Shown here: in pieces, positions 12,966 through 26,431 of the stretch | How positions within the stretch are numbered: the first letter of the stretch is position 1 | Layout: the number at the start of each line of letters is the position of its first letter | From: Podarcis erhardii | Lineage: Eukaryota | Assembly (NCBI GenBank): GCA_964252035.1 | Contig: OZ176201.1 | DNA: 64,000 nucleotides | Strand: one strand, 5' to 3' | The notes under the pieces: model-generated | Seen by the model: only the letters and a program-made list of their open reading frames with translations | What the model was told of the DNA's origin: nothing | Databases searched by the model: none | Translations under genes and position numbers: made by a program

Positions 12966-12997
<32 letters not shown>
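12966..12997. repeat. (TG)n microsatellite
   Basis: Direct reading. Confidence 0.95.
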
Positions 12998-13000
<3 letters not shown>

Positions 13001-13654
13001 ACAGGCAAGGGTGGCTTGCCGTGACTCTTCTGTTGAAGCTTGGTCCTTGCTGGTCTCTCCTGTTGAAAGGAAAATAGAATAGAAAGCGTGAAGCAGCAGA
13101 TGAACAGCACCAAGAATATCATAAGCTGAGGCACATTAAACAATCGCTGTATAATGCCCCCATGCTCAAAAACTACCACCACTCTCATCTTATTATTCTC
13201 ATTTATTTCACAGAGCTAATAATCAAGCCCCACCTTAAAAGCTAGTGAAACCTGTTTGTCCAGGACAAAATCAGTGAGCATGTATGGTGGAAATACCACT
13301 ATCATATAACATTCTTTCTTTCTTTCATTTATCAATCAATCAATCAATCAATCAATGATTTAAAAAACCTACTTCACCAGTTTAAGACCACAGGCTTTCT
13401 CACGTTGACTCAATTTCCACAAAACTGGGAAATTGGGAGCTAAGGCTGATGCTTTAGCAGACATACCCTGTGATCAGCAATGATGTTGTGCAATGTCACA
13501 AACTGTGCTTACTCACAACTTAGTCTCCAGAAACCACCACTTTTCCTTAGTCCTTCAAACACTGAATGAAGTTCCTGGGACCAGAAGAAATGCCACACTT
13601 TGTCCTGGTTCTATGTTGCCCTTTGTATCACTGATCCATATTGTATTATTAGAG

Positions 13655-13662
<8 letters not shown>

Positions 13663-13718
<56 letters not shown>

Positions 13719-13724
13719 TGTGTG
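13663..13724. repeat. (CT)n(GT)n compound microsatellite
   Basis: Direct reading. Confidence 0.95.
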
Positions 13725-14930
13725 TACTTTCAGTATGGGTTTCAGTATGAGGCATTTATGTAGGGGGTCAGGATGAGCTGTTGGGCTATTGTTTGATAAT
13801 GTACCTGGCACATTCTCTCTAATCCCCTTCGTGTGAGATCTCTCTCTGGAAGTTACCCAAATCTTTTGCACTTGATTTCAGAATTCAGCTCCATGTGTAA
13901 TAATGCTTTCCTGGCGGATGTCTTCTGAGCCCAGCCATGCTAGCGGAACACGCGGTGGAGAGATGTGGCAGCAGTGGCAGCAAGACTCCGCTTCTTTCCT
14001 TTTTCAAGAACTTCAGTGATGCATTTCCAGAGTGAAAGGACAACCAGAGTTGACTTGGTGTTAATGCCAAACTTTAAATGTTTTGACTACAGAACTAAAA
14101 CACCATTACCAATTCCCTGCAGAGTGCCATTCTCACTCTCCTCTCCCCTCCTCCCCCTCCCCCTTTCCACATTGTAGCCTTTTGTATGTCTCAGGTATTA
14201 ATCCCTCACTGCCGGGGTGTGTAAATTAAAGAATAATAGAGCTGCAGAGGCATAAGCTTGCAATGATGGGGAAGGTGTTTGTCCGCTAAGAAGCAATTTC
14301 AGCGAAAATTAACTCAATTTCATCTGAAATAGTGAAGACTGGTATAAGCTGGCAGATCCCTGAGGACAGTAAAATTACTTCGTCAAAGCTCTGCTTGCTA
14401 AAATTAACCAAGCAAGCACTCCAGGTTATTGGCGAGATGGTGGTAGTAACTAGGTTTTAATGAACAAAAATAGCTTTTTGGATAAATAAGGAAAGTGCAA
14501 AATGTCTTCTGCATTCTGCTGATGCTTGCAGTCATGTGCTCTTGATAGCAAGACCTTCCTTGTCCCATTGTCTACTGTGTCCTCCAAACATCTTGGTCCT
14601 TGCTCGTAGGGCTTGCAAAGACATTTCTGATCTAGAAAATGACGGCATGTGAATAAGCACGATACAACACCACATTTTATTTTTATTATTTTCTTACTCC
14701 TAGGCTCCATCTGAGTGATACTACAGAATAAACAAATGTTTGTTTGTTTGTTTGTTTGTTTGTTTTAGAGGTACCAATACCCTACAAAGTGTTGCCTTAC
14801 ACAGCATGGAGCTCACTGCATAATAGTGTAGGCTCCCTCTGAAATGTTAAGTAGCTGCCCAGGGCAGCACTTCATCAGGTGGAAGGCAGCACTTGGGACC
14901 TGTATGCTTGCTCAGTCTGCTCACTGTTGA

Positions 14931-15601
14931 GAAACCAGAGGCCTTTCTCCTGGGCATGGTCGGCCAATTGGTGTCAAAGAAGGATAGAACTTTCTTTATG
15001 TATGCCACTACAGCAGCAAGGATTCTTTTAGCAAAGTATTGGAAGACACAAGAACTACCCACCCAGGAAGAATGGCAGATGAAAGTGATGGACCACATGG
15101 AACTGGCAGAAATGATTGGCAGAATCCGAGACCAGGGAGAAGAGTCGGTGGAGGAAGATTGGAAGAAATTTAAAGACTATCTACAGAAACATTGTAAAAT
15201 TAATGAATGTTAGAAGGATGTTGGAATGAAGTTATGTGGTTTTAGCAGAAATGTTATAAGGGTTTAGGAAAAAATAGACTGTTAATTGGTGAAAGGAGGG
15301 AAAGTCAAGTTACATTATATTAAGATAAATTACAGAACAAAAGTGGAAAAGATGGAAAGGATTTGCTGAAATAGTTAACTGAACTAGAATACAAAAAAGG
15401 GAGGTGTGAGGAGGTCAAGGAAACAAGCAAATGAAAGACAAGTTATGGGAAGATTAGCTGTGTTTTTTGTGTTTTTTTTCTTCTTCTTCTTCTTTCCTAT
15501 TGTGATGTGTTGTTTTGTTCTTGTTTGATATGGTGTTTTTACTCTTTCTTTTTGTAACCTTTAAAATTTTAATAAATATTATTTATTAAAAAAACAAAAA
15601 C
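14931..15601 (+). mobile_element. 5'-truncated L1-clade LINE: last ~94 codons of ORF2 plus 3' UTR and A tail
   Basis: Perfect 18-bp TSD cagtctgctcactgttga (14913-14930; 15602-15619); ORF2-like C-terminus ARILLAKYWK...WKKFKDYL ending at 15213; AATAAA and A-rich tail. Confidence 0.85.
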
Positions 15602-15961
15602 CAGTCTGCTCACTGTTGATGGGCAGCTTCAAGGCCCTTGCAGTGATCTCCCTTTTCATGGTTCATGGACTGGACACCCCTTCAAATACAAAATGCATTC
15701 AACTAGAGTACTGTCCTCTGACAGCTTTCATCTGACAAGAAGGACCCATGGCCACCCAGTGAGAGAGGGATGAAATTGCTGTGCTTTTGGCCTTGTGACA
15801 GGTTCTGTCAAAACCATGCAAAGTGAAAGCTAGTGGTCCTACTCGCTCCATTACAAGTTGTGAAGGGCACAGGTCTGGCTTGCAAGTGATTGTTGTTAAA
15901 CGTCCTTTGCATTTAGTGGGCAGCACTAATAGAGCAAATCCAAAAACACATGACATATAGG

Positions 15962-16460
15962 TGTCAGGGCCTGGGCAGAGGAGGAATGGTGGAGACCGCC
16001 TCCCCATCCTGACTCTTCCAGGGAGGGGGAGGAAGGAGACAGTATAGATTTACAACAGGGGTTTGTGGGAGATCACAGCTCAGAGGCAGATGAGGGGAAA
16101 AGTTGGGAAATCACGGGAGAGCCAGAACAGCTGGCTGACATGTTGTCATTAGAAAGCATTCCAGACCCACCATCTCCCAGAACCCGGCGAGCCTTAAAAG
16201 TAGGAGAGCAAAAAGACAGAGGGCACTTAGCAGCACCCATAGAGGAGGTGATGATGATGACAAATGAGGAGGTGGGAGAGATGGGTGTGTATGTGTGGAG
16301 ATTCACTCAGGACAACACCATTATCCAAGAGGCTGGGTTCTATAGCCTCTCTCTGTAAAGTTTGAAATAAAAAAGAACTGTAAGAAACTTTTCCTTGTCT
16401 TTCCACTTTCCTGGGCAACCAGCCGGGGGGGGGGGGGGGGCTGCTGACAGCATCCTGACA
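15962..16460 (+). mobile_element. Solo LTR (499 bp), probably Ty3/Gypsy type
   Basis: Inverted termini TGTCAGG...CCTGACA, AATAAA near 16366, 5-bp flanks atagg/acagg; homologous to 38482-38988. Confidence 0.75.
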
Positions 16461-16744
16461 ACAGGCTACACCCAAGTTATGGGCATCTAAACCCATGGAA
16501 ACCTCGATCAACTTGAACTCTGAATTAGAACTTCAGGTGCCCAGGCTATACTGAATATGGACAATTTTATATATTAGAGAGGAGGCAAACGTATCAAAAG
16601 GTGAAAGATGACTCTTCAGTCTATTTATTTATCACAAGAATAAGTGGTTCTGTGAGCAGTGATTAGGAAGGCTACTGCCTGTACCACTGTATGGATAAAA
16701 AGAGTTTTCCTTGTGCCAGCACCCTGATGATGATAATGATAATA

Positions 16745-16973
16745 CAGTGGTACCTTGGGCTAAGTACTTAAATCGTTCCGGAGGTCCGTTCTTAACCTGA
16801 AACTGTTCTTAACCTGAAGCACCACTTTAGCTAATGGGGCCTCCTGCTGCTGCTGCCCCGCCGTCGGAGCACAATTTCTGTTCTCATCCTGAAGCAATGT
16901 TCTTAACCCGAGGTACTATTTCTGGGTTATCGGAGTCTGTAACCTGAAGCGTATGTAACCCAAGGTACCACTG
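16745..16973. mobile_element. Tc1/mariner-type MITE
   Basis: TIRs cagtggtaccttgggc / acccaaggtaccactg with TA TSD; inverted homologue at 58739-58980. Confidence 0.9.
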
Positions 16974-16984
16974 TAATGATAATA

Positions 16985-17110
16985 ATAATACTATTTTATT
17001 ATTATTTATACCCAGCCCATCTGGCTGGGTTTCCCCAGCCACTCTGGGCAACTTCCAACAAAATATTAAAAATACAATAAAACATCAGACATAAAAAAAC
17101 TTCCCTATAC
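16985..17110 (-). mobile_element. L2-type LINE 3' end
   Basis: Reverse complement of an L2-like tail (gcccagagtggctggggaaacccagccagatgggc...ataaataataataa). Confidence 0.55.
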
Positions 17111-17800
17111 ATTGCATTGTGGACCACAATTATTTATGGGCACACTTGGAACCCAAGCTATAAAACGTCCAACTGGCCAAGCATCAAAAATGGAATGAGA
17201 TGAATAAGCAAAATATTTATTTCTGCATAATTTATATTCTTTTATTGTTGTGGTGTGCCCTTGTGTCTTCTTCTTGAAGAAGAGGGAAAAGCCACTGTGC
17301 AAGACTTTTTACTAACTATAGTGTTTCACTGGCAAAGAAACATTCCCTTGTGCTGATCCATCTATATTATTCAGCTTTCACTTGTTAGGATAGACAAGGG
17401 GTTATATTTTCTTCGTTGCTGTCAGACCCAAATGTCAGGAGGAGAAACTCAGGGAATAACCTGCTGACCACTGCGGCAAAATTAAGGTGGCCTCCCTAAG
17501 GAACGAGTCACCAGCCTCTCTGCTCATAAACAAAAGCACAGGGCAATAAATTCAGACCCAGCTCTCATTCCCCTTTGATAGAATTAATTGCAGAGATGAC
17601 TCCAGTTGTCATTAAAACCGGCAAATGCATTCAGCGCAGGAAATAAATTGCCGGCCAGCCGGCAGATCATCAGGGCTAGCATGCTCCACTGAGACCTTTT
17701 ATCACAGTGTTCCTCTATCTGGTGGTTGTTTTTCATGTGAACTCTCCTTCCCTATTAGTGTGGTGGTTATGGCCAGAAGGGGTAGCTCTGTTTTTAAAAA

Positions 17801-17801
<1 letters not shown>

Positions 17802-17831
<30 letters not shown>
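17802..17831. repeat. (CAG)n microsatellite
   Basis: Direct reading. Confidence 0.9.
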
Positions 17832-17834
<3 letters not shown>

Positions 17835-18184
17835 CAGAACAGTCCCTTGATAGTTCTCTTATTTGGTCACAGTGGGCAGCCTGCCCCTTTTATCTGCTTA
17901 GTTAAAACCCTTATATCTGGCTTGATTCAAGCAAACTCAGTGCAATGGAGTGAGCCAAAGGAACTCTGACCACGTGTTCTCTCTTGAGATGCTTTGTCAG
18001 AGGAGTTGTCTGGAACCAGGGGTGGACTTTGGTAATATGGCACCCTGAACAATGACAAAAATTGGTGTCCCCCCATATTTCTTATTTTCACAATAATTCC
18101 TTTTGGTACCGTTGCTTTTTTATGGATCTTCTAAGTGGTACCTGTATAAATATAGGGTTTTTATTGCTATATTTATTATTACTA

Positions 18185-18355
18185 TGCTGCCTTATATCAT
18201 GTCAGATCATTGGTCTACCTAGCTGAGTATTGTCTGCACCAATTGGCAACGGATGTCCAGGATTTCGGACAGGAGATATTCCCAGCCCTATCTGGAGATG
18301 CTTGGAGTAGAACTTTGGACCTTTTGCATGCAGAGCAGAAGCTCTACCACTGAGT
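18185..18355 (-). mobile_element. tRNA-derived SINE with CR1-like tail (Squam2-like)
   Basis: tRNA head (cagtggtagagc...gcatgcaaaaggtcc) and shared body with the ~37170 copy. Confidence 0.6.
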
Positions 18356-20739
18356 TTTGGTTCTTCACCTAACCTGCTCTAGCATCAGAAGGCCTCTGTG
18401 GCTGGTAAGGCTTGCTCCCACAGTTCTCTCCTTTGATCCAAGTTGGATGATGGTGGCACACAGCTTATGTTCTTGCATTATATCTTTTGGCTCACCAATC
18501 TATGGGCTTGAGCCCTGACAGTTTGCATGAGTGTTTGTGTGCTTGTATCCTTATGAATCTAATATTTCACTGTATTAATTGACATTTAAATTGTTCATCA
18601 TTAGCAACACCTATCCTAAATGTCAGGGTTATTACAATCGTATTACAAGGAAGCAAAAAAGAAAGAAAAATTAAATAACTCCCACCCGCAATTGCTTCTG
18701 AAAAACTGGAAAGAGTTTATGCAGGAAAGAACTACAAGGATGATCAAGAATTTTGAAGATAAGTCATATAACATAAGGAAGAGGCATTCGAGCCAGAAGA
18801 AAAGGAGATTTAAAGACATGAATATATACTATTTTCAAACACTGTTCTCAGAGTGGCCATCATGGTCAAGGATCCAATCTGAAGGATAGCTCACAGCTTT
18901 ACTTCAGAGCAATTACTGATATGCTATCATGTATATGGTGTAGCCAATTGTCCTGATAAGGATGGTTATAATTAGCCCAATTGGATGAGCTTTTTAAAAA
19001 TAGAATTTAAACACATTGCTATTTTTTCAACTAATTTGTATTATTCTAAATTACTATTTTTATTTTCAGGTGTTGTTACTTCTGATCTCTGCATCTTTTC
19101 TAATAACCTGGGTTTCATTGTTGGAAATATTACAGCATTCATTATTTGAATGTATGCGCACATTTATACATTAATACTACTGAAGGAGACCTTTTGATCA
19201 AAACACTTTTTGGTTTTTTAAAAAAATAAAAATATAATATTTAGGTTTTTTGGGGGGGGTTTGTGTGTGAGGGAGATAAATCTTATTCGTGTGGGTGTTA
19301 CAGCATTTGATTTCTTTCTTTTCTGATTCCAGTTTTCTTGCTGTCATTGTGTATATTGTGTTGGGACACACTTCCTTTGCTTAGCCTGAAGGAATCAGTG
19401 GAACAGAGGAAAGTGGAAAAGTACAAAAATAACACCAGAGGAAGATGGACTAAAGATTAAGACTGCAATTCTATGTAGTGACAGTACCAAGGTTTATCAT
19501 GGGGGTTGGTGGAGGAGAAATGCAAGCTTGCTTCTACACCCTGTCCCCAAACCAGCAACAAATTTGGCCCAGATCCTCTTGCTATTGTGCCCTTCCCTTT
19601 CCCCCCTACTTACTGGTAGGAAAGTGCTCATGGGCAGTTGTTAGGGAAGAGAAGGTGCTTTGAACCTGGGTAGCATTGTCTTGAATGCTCTCTTGCAGCC
19701 GGCAGAGTCCTAGTAATTTGTATAAGCAAGCAGCAATTTGAGCGAGAATGGTTTTCCTCTGGTAGCTGCTGCAGGTTAAATTGGAACCAGTGACCTTGAA
19801 GTACCAGGCTCCATAACCCATTTCACCAGCATCCAGTCTGCTTTTTAGGTCATCCTTCCTTTCCTTTCTTCCTTTCTTCCTTTCGTAATGATGCCATTCA
19901 AAGGATGGCATGCCAGGGGTGATTGGGGAGAATGTTCCTGTGATCTCTCCTCTCTTGGAGGAAGATTTGGAACATTTTAATAAAGTGGATTATAAGGACT
20001 TGGGCACAAAAGCAACCTGTTTCCTTCTGACAGGAGCTTTAATCTTCTCCCTGGGTTGCTGACAAAGGCTTTTCTTAAAGAAAACCCATGAGCACAAAGG
20101 GTGGGGGGACAGAAGAGAAAAAGAATGGATACAGAGAGAGGTGCAAGATGTTGAAAGACACCCACGAATTGAAGCTGCTCAGGCGTTAATTGTGTCCTCT
20201 TTCCCAGGGTCCTCTCTCCCCTCCTTTCCCTCCCCCTGTTCCAATTCTGGATCAATGGTGGAGGCAGGTGAGCCAGATGGAGGAAGGAAGAGGCTTTGAT
20301 TAGACAATCTTAGTGGTAAGAATGGGTATTGAACAAGAAAGCGGAGTCGATGCAACAATTAAAAGGTGAAGCATCTGCCTTCTCTTTGAAAGCAAAAGAC
20401 CTCAGTGTTGCAGAGGGAGAATCACCTTCCCACCCCAGCACCCAATTTTCTTTTGAGTCTATTCATAGCTAGAAGAAAGTGTGTGACCTACAAAAGTGTC
20501 CCACTTTAATGCAGCTACCTAACTTACACGGAGTGATTACCTAGACTGTGTATTTAAAGGGACAAGAGCAGCCCAAGACCAGCTAAATCAAGCTGGTTTA
20601 GGAAGGGATCCTTAGGGAAAACTTTGTTGGAGAGCGTGTTCATAACACCACCTCATGCAGGTTGGTCTTTTTTAAATAAATAAAAGACTTCTAGCCTGCC
20701 TTTCTGGGGCAACTGCTTTCACAAGGTGGGTCACTAAGG

Positions 20740-21130
20740 CTTAAAGCACACAACAACAACTCCTCCACTAATTTATAAAGCAATGGCAATAAAAAATGTT
20801 AAAGCGTGGCACAGTCAAATTAACCTAGTGCACACTGGATGAAAGAAAGTCTTCAAGGTCCTTTTGAAGGCTGGCAATAATGGCACCATGAATATTTCCC
20901 TAGGGGAGGAGTTCCAGCGGTTCAGGGCCACCACTGAAAAGGTGCTGTACCTGATACCTACCAAGCTAAGAACTCTCACTGGTGGGTCATAAAGCAGATC
21001 TTACCCTTTGATGCAACTGAACCCCCAAACTGATGGGCTTATCAGTGTCACACCTGCAATGAGTAGCCAAATCCTGGTATCAGAACAATGGAACAACAAA
21101 TGCAGTGGACTTTTTGCTATAAAAACCTGT
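20740..21130 (-). mobile_element. Degenerate L2 LINE 3' fragment
   Basis: Minus strand reads AFSVVALNRWNS...AFKRTLKTFF, matching the L2 ORF2 C-terminal pattern. Confidence 0.6.
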
Positions 21131-23749
21131 AAAAAAATAACAGAGGAATACTTATATAAAGGTTTATATTGTGCTCCTCTCCAGCTGAATGCCTGTGTTG
21201 CCATTCAGAAAATTGAGAATTGCTCATATTAAATTGGGCTGGTGGAGGGAGGCCAGGTCCAGCCTCTGTTTTCTCCTTTGCTAAGAGTTGTTGTTGTTAT
21301 TGTTGTTGTTGTTCACATTATTATTCACATTATTTATGTTATTTGCTGCAGGGAGCTCAAAGAAGTTTTCATAGTTCTTCCCTCATTGTATCCCCACAAC
21401 AATGCTGTGAGGTGTGGGAGGAAATTAAATATATGAATCTCTGTGGCCCATGTATGTGGGGTAAATAACAAAAGAATTGGCTGGGCACCTGGATTCAAAA
21501 TGAGGAGCTTGCACACAGACCCTCAGTAGCAGAGTATTAGACTCACAAAAATAAGTAGCGCAGTGAAGTGTCGGGAGTATAGGTTGTTAAATCTTTTTAT
21601 CCTGTTCAGCTGCACACAGCAGCTGTTCTCTTTGCACCCTTCTTGCCATGAGCAGACCACATACTGTTAAGTAAGTTTAAAATGATTTACTTGCAGATTC
21701 AAGGTCTCAGTTATGCATTGTTCCATGCAGCATCAGGGATCATACAGGCAAAATAGTCTTGGGTAGAAAAGACAGCAAAGAAGCTTCAAACATGCAGTCT
21801 GTGCTTGGGAGCAGGCACATGGCTTCTCATGGCTTCCATGATGCAGAGAGATGAAGGAACTAGAAAGGCTTCACTTCCTCTCCAGGGGGGAAGGTGTGTG
21901 ACCTGAGTTTATCTAGCAATACATCTCTGTGGTCCATCACCCCTTCATATGCTAACTTGCAATGCGCATCGTTGTGTTTAACGGCAGTCTCCAACACGAG
22001 GTAGGTTAGGCTAAGAGAGAGAGAAGCCAAACAGTGACCTTCATGGCTGAGCTGGGACTGATTGGCAGTACTGCAGCTTCTCTGAAAGCCAAGATGCACG
22101 TGCATCTCTGACAATGAGAGCAGCACATGTGTGTTTTCTCATCAACCTAGGGATAACCATGTGGCAACTGGTGACCTTGAGTATATTTGTGGCTTGTGCT
22201 GAGTATCTTTTAGCGCAAATACCACATTTTGATGCCTAGCCATTTGCATGGTAACCTAGCCTCTCAACTTCATGACCCCCAAATTTTTGACTTTAACCCC
22301 TGTCTTCTTCATCACCACCCCTCAGAAAAGCCACTGCAGCATACCGAACCTGCCATTCTCGACAGAAGCATTTCCTTTTGTTGGTTATGAGCCTGCCACC
22401 TCTCATTGTCATTGAATGCCCCCTTATTCTTTTGTTATGGTTGAGTGGCAAAAAGTAAATTAATTTTTAATGTACTTTTAATTTTAATATCCTCGGGTGT
22501 TACTGTGTAAATGTTAAGCACTCAGATACGACGGTGAGGAGAGAACATAAACGCATCTGAACAGATAGAAGCTTTCGACGGGAATAAGTTTTTTTAAAAA
22601 AAACATCTCCACAATGACTTTGAAATGCAGATCCCACTCACCCAGTTTGTGACAGAATTGATTGTATCCCCTGGCACTGGAAATGAATGCTGAGTGAGTT
22701 GTGTGATGTTTAAATTAAAGCAAGCAAATATTTTGGTATATGTTTTGGTAAGCGGTTTTTTTCTTAATTGAAGGCTGTATTTTTCCCTGGTGTAACCATA
22801 GAGACTCCAGTGAAACAGAGCAAGGCCACAATTCCTTTCAGTTCACTTTCCAGTAATGAGGATGATGATAATAATAATCCTATTAAAGTGATATTTTCTC
22901 CTGAAGGAAGAAAACACCCATCCTTTATTATTATTTATTATAGAGATTTATGTCTTGCCCTTCAGATAAGTTTATTTTTCTTTTTTCTTTCTATTATTTT
23001 TCTTTGTTTTGTTACATATATGTAAACACACTTATTTGTTTATGGAAAGTTAAATAAAAAGAATTTTAAAAACAGATTAAAAGCATCACTCCTTGAGTCA
23101 CATCTTTGAGTACCAAACTAGGTATCCAAAATCCACCCTTTTCTCTCTTCATTTGCATCTGGTCACTCAATCCACTAGGGAGCCATCTTGTTGTTATTTT
23201 TTTACCTCAGAATGTCCTTGGGAATGATGGTATGCCATCACATAGCATTGTTCCCATGGGTTTCTTGGGCCAGGATATATGGCCAGGGGGCTGCATCAGC
23301 ACTACAATAACCAGTTAAGGATTTTAAAAGAAAAACTGAAAATAGAAAAATAAAAAACCTACCTAAATTTGTTAAAAGTTTGCTAGTCCTTGAAAGCAGC
23401 TGAATAACGTCCCCTTCTTTGCTAGGTGGGACAAATGGCCTCAAAAAAAGGGGGAGAAATATTCAATTTATAGAGAAGTCGATCAAAGGCTATGAGCTTT
23501 GAAAACTTAATCAATCAATCAATCAATCAATCAAAATGTTTGGCATGCTGCCTTTGTACAACAAATGGCAGTCACTAGTTCTTGAAGGGATCAAAACAAA
23601 TCATAGCACAAGAACAGTGGCAAACCCAACAAATCAAAACACACCAAATGCATGGTTAGTAAAACAGTGCAAGTTTATTTATTACATATATGCCAAGTCT
23701 TTTCTTCAAGGAGCTCAAGGCTGCACCTCCCCTTTCTACCTTCTCAACA

Positions 23750-23870
23750 ACTTTGTGAGATAGGTGAGGCTGACTGATAGTGATAGGCCTAAGGCCACCC
23801 AGTGAGTTTCATGGCTTACTGAGGATTTGAATGTGTGTCTTACTGGTCCTAGTCTAGCACTCTGATGACT
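23750..23870 (-). mobile_element. MIR/CORE-type SINE fragment
   Basis: CORE-like gtggccttaggcc...cagcctcacctatctcac on the minus strand; similar plus-strand copy at ~50575-50760. Confidence 0.5.
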
Positions 23871-24544
23871 GAGGCATCCCAGCTCTCCGAGAGAGATTAT
23901 TTGGTCCGACAGATGGAAGCAGAAAGAAAGTGGGTACTGTATGTCACAGTACACTGTATTCCACGTTTCTCTTCCCTTTGTTCTTGTGCTGTTGTTATAG
24001 TTCAATACCTCACACAAAGGAATATGGATTGTCTGTGCTCGCCTTGGTTTTCCAGGCAAAGGGGGAGAAAAACAGATACAAGCCCCCCCCCATTGGTTTA
24101 ATAGACCAGCTATAAAAGAGGAAGCATGAAGAAAAAGGAGCGCAGCCATCATAAATAGATTAGCCATCAGTGGGCAACACCGCACAGCCTGCCTACAGCC
24201 TTGTTTTGCTTGCCCTTCAGTGACCGCCATGCTGAGCCCCCTAATGTCCCTTTCCTCGCTCCTCTTGTAAGCGCTGTGCAACCCTTTGTCTTGAGCTGTG
24301 TAGTACCGGTGCAACTCTGCTTAATGTGCTGATGCAGCAGAAAACAGACCAGGATGTGGCTGCTGCATCTTTTACTAAAGACCATCATGGACAAGGCATG
24401 CGTTGGTATGCATGTCTCCACCTTGCCTTTAATGGTGCACATGGAACATTGCATGTGGGGGGCAATCTTTTCATAAAGCCACTTCCGGGCCTGCCCCAGG
24501 AGGTGGGGTTGCGGGCCTCACGGGAGTCTCCCCCGATATAAGGT

Positions 24545-24720
24545 TAACCCTTCCCTGTGTCTCCAGCAAATGGGCTGGAGCCGGATAGTTGTTAGGATCA
24601 ATGCCTATGCCAATGCCTCTCATTCCTGAATTCAATAAAGTTGTGGCCTAATTCGCCCAATTAACCTTACATTACAGTGTCTTGTGTCTTTATTTATCCT
24701 GGTGGGGGGCGGGAACTCGC
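24545..24720 (+). mobile_element. 3'-terminal fragment of a related Ngaro/DIRS-type element
   Basis: Co-linear with the minus-strand 3' end of the large element: ggatag..caatgcct..aataaagttgtggcc (15 bp identical, 24634-24648 vs 26066-26080)..aacctta..tggggggc. Confidence 0.65.
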
Positions 24721-26431
24721 CATGCAAACTGCTTCTCATCCTGGGCCTGAAATGCCCTATTAAAAATTTATCAGCATTGTCTCAGTGTGAGTTGTTTTTC
24801 TGAAATTCATAGGACCACCTAGCAGTGTGTTGAGGGCAGAGCTTTGTGGGCAGAGGTCCAGGGCCCCCCATTCAACAGCTTGATCAGGAAGATCCACAAA
24901 TGCAGCAGGTTTTGTTTACCACATTTTGAAGAAAGTGAAATAATATACTTTCTCATTTAAAGTGGGGAGAGGTTGAAACATTTAAGTCAAAAATTGCCTT
25001 ACTTCACTATGATAACACGTGGCATGTCGCTATTTTGTAGTGTCCACTATCATGCTTTCTGGATAGCAAAACAATAGGTATAAAAATTGGGTTGATGGTA
25101 CACATTCAATAATTGCATGAGGGGGTAGCAGTGGCAATACATAATGCACTAGTGAGAAGGGGGACTTAAACACATCCAACAACACACATATAAGGGTCTT
25201 CTACTCCACTGGGAACTCTGATTTCCTAGTGTTCCTGATTTTCTGTAGGAATATTTCATATGCATGGCTGTACATATATATGGCTCCTTTCTCAATAACA
25301 CCACTGGGGAACAGTTAGTAGGTACATTGGCCCCACCACACATTCACTGAACATTTGAACGGGTTTGTGTGAACACCCTTTGCTGTTTATGCATGTAGGA
25401 ACAGAATCAACACATGGATCAGTCTGGAATTTAAATCTCTAACATCCAAATACAGGCAACCTGGTCCTCTTCTCTTGGCACCAGCAGATATGCCTGCTCA
25501 AAGCCTACTAGCCAAATAAAGAGGCTGCTCTCAGATGAGTTTATTGCTCCAAAACAATGTGCAACAGAGACACTCAAGGACATGTATCATGGGTGCAGGA
25601 TAGCCTTTCCTGACAGTGATGCAATGAATACCAAGGCGCATGTGTAAAACCGGCAGCTGAGCAAAGCTAATAAGTATAATAGGACATGGTAGAAACCCTT
25701 TATTGGATTTGTGTGTACTTTGCATCGATCCCTGCTGTGAGCCAGCCTGTTCATAGTTTCAATAAAGACTAATTGGTTAATGCTGATAAGTATTCTATTT
25801 TAGGCCCATCTCCTAAGTACTGTTTGGCAGCTTTAGACCTATGGGAAGCAGTAGCTGTGAAAACCAGTGACTTCAGTGCATGTGCGCTCATTATTTAGAT
25901 GGCCACTTCACACATTCTGAGAAGCAACAAAGAGCAGATGAGGAGATGCACTTTTCACACGTCTGGGATATTAATATTGTTTGCGTGTTGAGTCCCACAG
26001 TGCCCCCCATCAAAAATTCACACATCACACATAAATTTTTGTTTAAGGTTTTTTGGCATAATTTTGGCCACAACTTTATTCAAATACAAAAATGTGAGTG
26101 GTTGCTTAGGCATTGGTTATGACTATCTATCCTTGCCCTCAAGGACAGAGCTGGCCCTTCTGGACACCAACGGAAGCCAGTGTGGGAAACAAGTATTGGG
26201 TGAGAAAATGAGGCCGGGGAACAGTCCGTCACCTCTCACCCTCATGTTCCGGTGGGGCTTGCACGGCCCAAGTCCGACTCCGGGGACAAGGACGAAATGA
26301 ATGGCAAGCCCCTGGATTCCTTTAACGGAATTCCCTTCGCATCATTTGGAGGGATAGGCACTTACCCCTCCAAGCACCAATTTAACCAATGCCCAACCGC
26401 CAATGGAGCCCTCAGCTCACCGCCAAACCAC

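Noticed and set aside
12952-13188. Minus-strand ORF with a hydrophobic segment resembling a type II membrane protein
   Set aside because: The hydrophobic stretch is a pyrimidine tract, the ORF runs into a (CA)n repeat, and no convincing donor or homology was seen.
18620-18889. Lys-rich ORF as an L1 ORF2 remnant or exon
   Set aside because: Similarity is limited to KNWKEF; no TSD or other motif to support it.
26360-26365. Perfect GTAAGT donor at the element's 3' end
   Set aside because: It sits within a hairpin downstream of the last ORF, with no partner acceptor identified.
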